16,330 nucleotides of DNA, taken from assembly GCA_041741075.1 (NCBI GenBank), contig JBGSKT010000061.1, forward strand, positions 1 to 16,330. The letters run 5' to 3'. A model generated the notes under the pieces. The model was not told where the DNA came from. It worked only from the letters and a program-made list of their open reading frames with translations, and did not search any database. Of the stretch, positions 16,107 to 16,330 are shown piece by piece. This DNA is from Lysobacterales bacterium (GTDB lineage: Bacteria; Pseudomonadota; Gammaproteobacteria; Xanthomonadales; Ahniellaceae). Position 1 is the stretch's first letter, and each line of letters opens with the position of its first letter. Position numbers and translations under genes: made by a program.

Positions 16107-16330
16107 AACGGCGGTGGCCTGCGCTTGACCCGCACGCGCTGCGGCAAGCGCTCGGCATCGAGCAGCAGTCCGGTCTCATCGCCCCGGCTATCGGCGACAT
16201 CGGCGAACGCGTCGGCGAAGCCGAGCACAAACAGGCTCATGGCGTAGACACCCATCGAGACGCTGGGGTCGCCCTTTTCGACCTTGAGGTAGGTGCCCTT
16301 GGCGACGCCGACCCGCTCGATCATCATCGC
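16103..16330 (-). CDS. hipB: HipB-like HTH (XRE-family) antitoxin. The N-terminus lies beyond the window end.
   Basis: The minus-strand translation from the window edge reads ..IERVGVAKGTYLKVEKGDPSVSMGVYAMSLFVLGF.., which fits helices 2 onward of an HTH_3/XRE domain. Helix 1 is missing, so the true start is outside the window; the track's M at 16327 is internal. The TGA stop overlaps the hipA ATG. Confidence 0.6.
   Translation of the reverse strand, partial: AMMIERVGVAKGTYLKVEKGDPSVSMGVYAMSLFVLGFADAFADVADSRGDETGLLLDAERLPQRVRVKRRPPPL

Noticed and set aside
1-16330. CRISPR array, rRNA, or IS/transposon.
   Set aside because: No regularly spaced repeats of 25-40 bp with unique spacers, no rRNA-like conserved stretches, and no transposase-like ORFs or long terminal inverted repeats. 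The only tandem repeats are the 7-bp microsatellite, the 14-bp pair and the 27-bp pair described above.

Overview
High-GC segment (about 68-70% GC by eye) from a gammaproteobacterial chromosome. Gene content and order look like Xanthomonadaceae/Lysobacteraceae (Xanthomonas, Stenotrophomonas or Lysobacter-like). The ORF-track coordinates include the stop codon (checked at sucD, where TAG lies at 5412-5414). Left to right the window holds: pilR, a sigma-54-dependent response regulator on the minus strand whose 3' end runs off the window start (this ORF is absent from the ORF track); pilS, the sensor kinase, on the minus strand; a divergent promoter region containing a 21-bp perfect inverted repeat; sucC and sucD (succinyl-CoA synthetase beta and alpha); a structured spacer with six tandem copies of TTTCCCG; nadE (glutamine-dependent NAD synthetase); a MetB/MetC-family PLP trans-sulfuration enzyme; an SPFH/flotillin-like membrane protein; a roughly 2-kb lower-GC block (about 50-57% GC) carrying a Fic-domain gene on the minus strand, flanked by about 340 and 560 bp of repeat-containing non-coding DNA; a secreted alpha/beta hydrolase; a compact LytS/AlgZ-type sensor kinase overlapping a LytTR response regulator by 4 bp; and, convergent with that pair, a hipBA toxin-antitoxin pair on the minus strand, with hipB cut by the window end. 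I found no tRNA or rRNA genes, no CRISPR array, and no recognisable transposase or integrase. The many long ORFs antisense to, or frame-shifted within, these genes are high-GC artefacts. The most unusual parts are the Fic island with its flanking 27-bp direct repeats, the 21-bp inverted repeat between pilS and sucC, the heptamer microsatellite directly upstream of nadE, and the AT-rich pilS-pilR spacer with a possible small coupled upstream ORF. None of these amounts to a clear new multi-gene system, and my confidence in them is limited.
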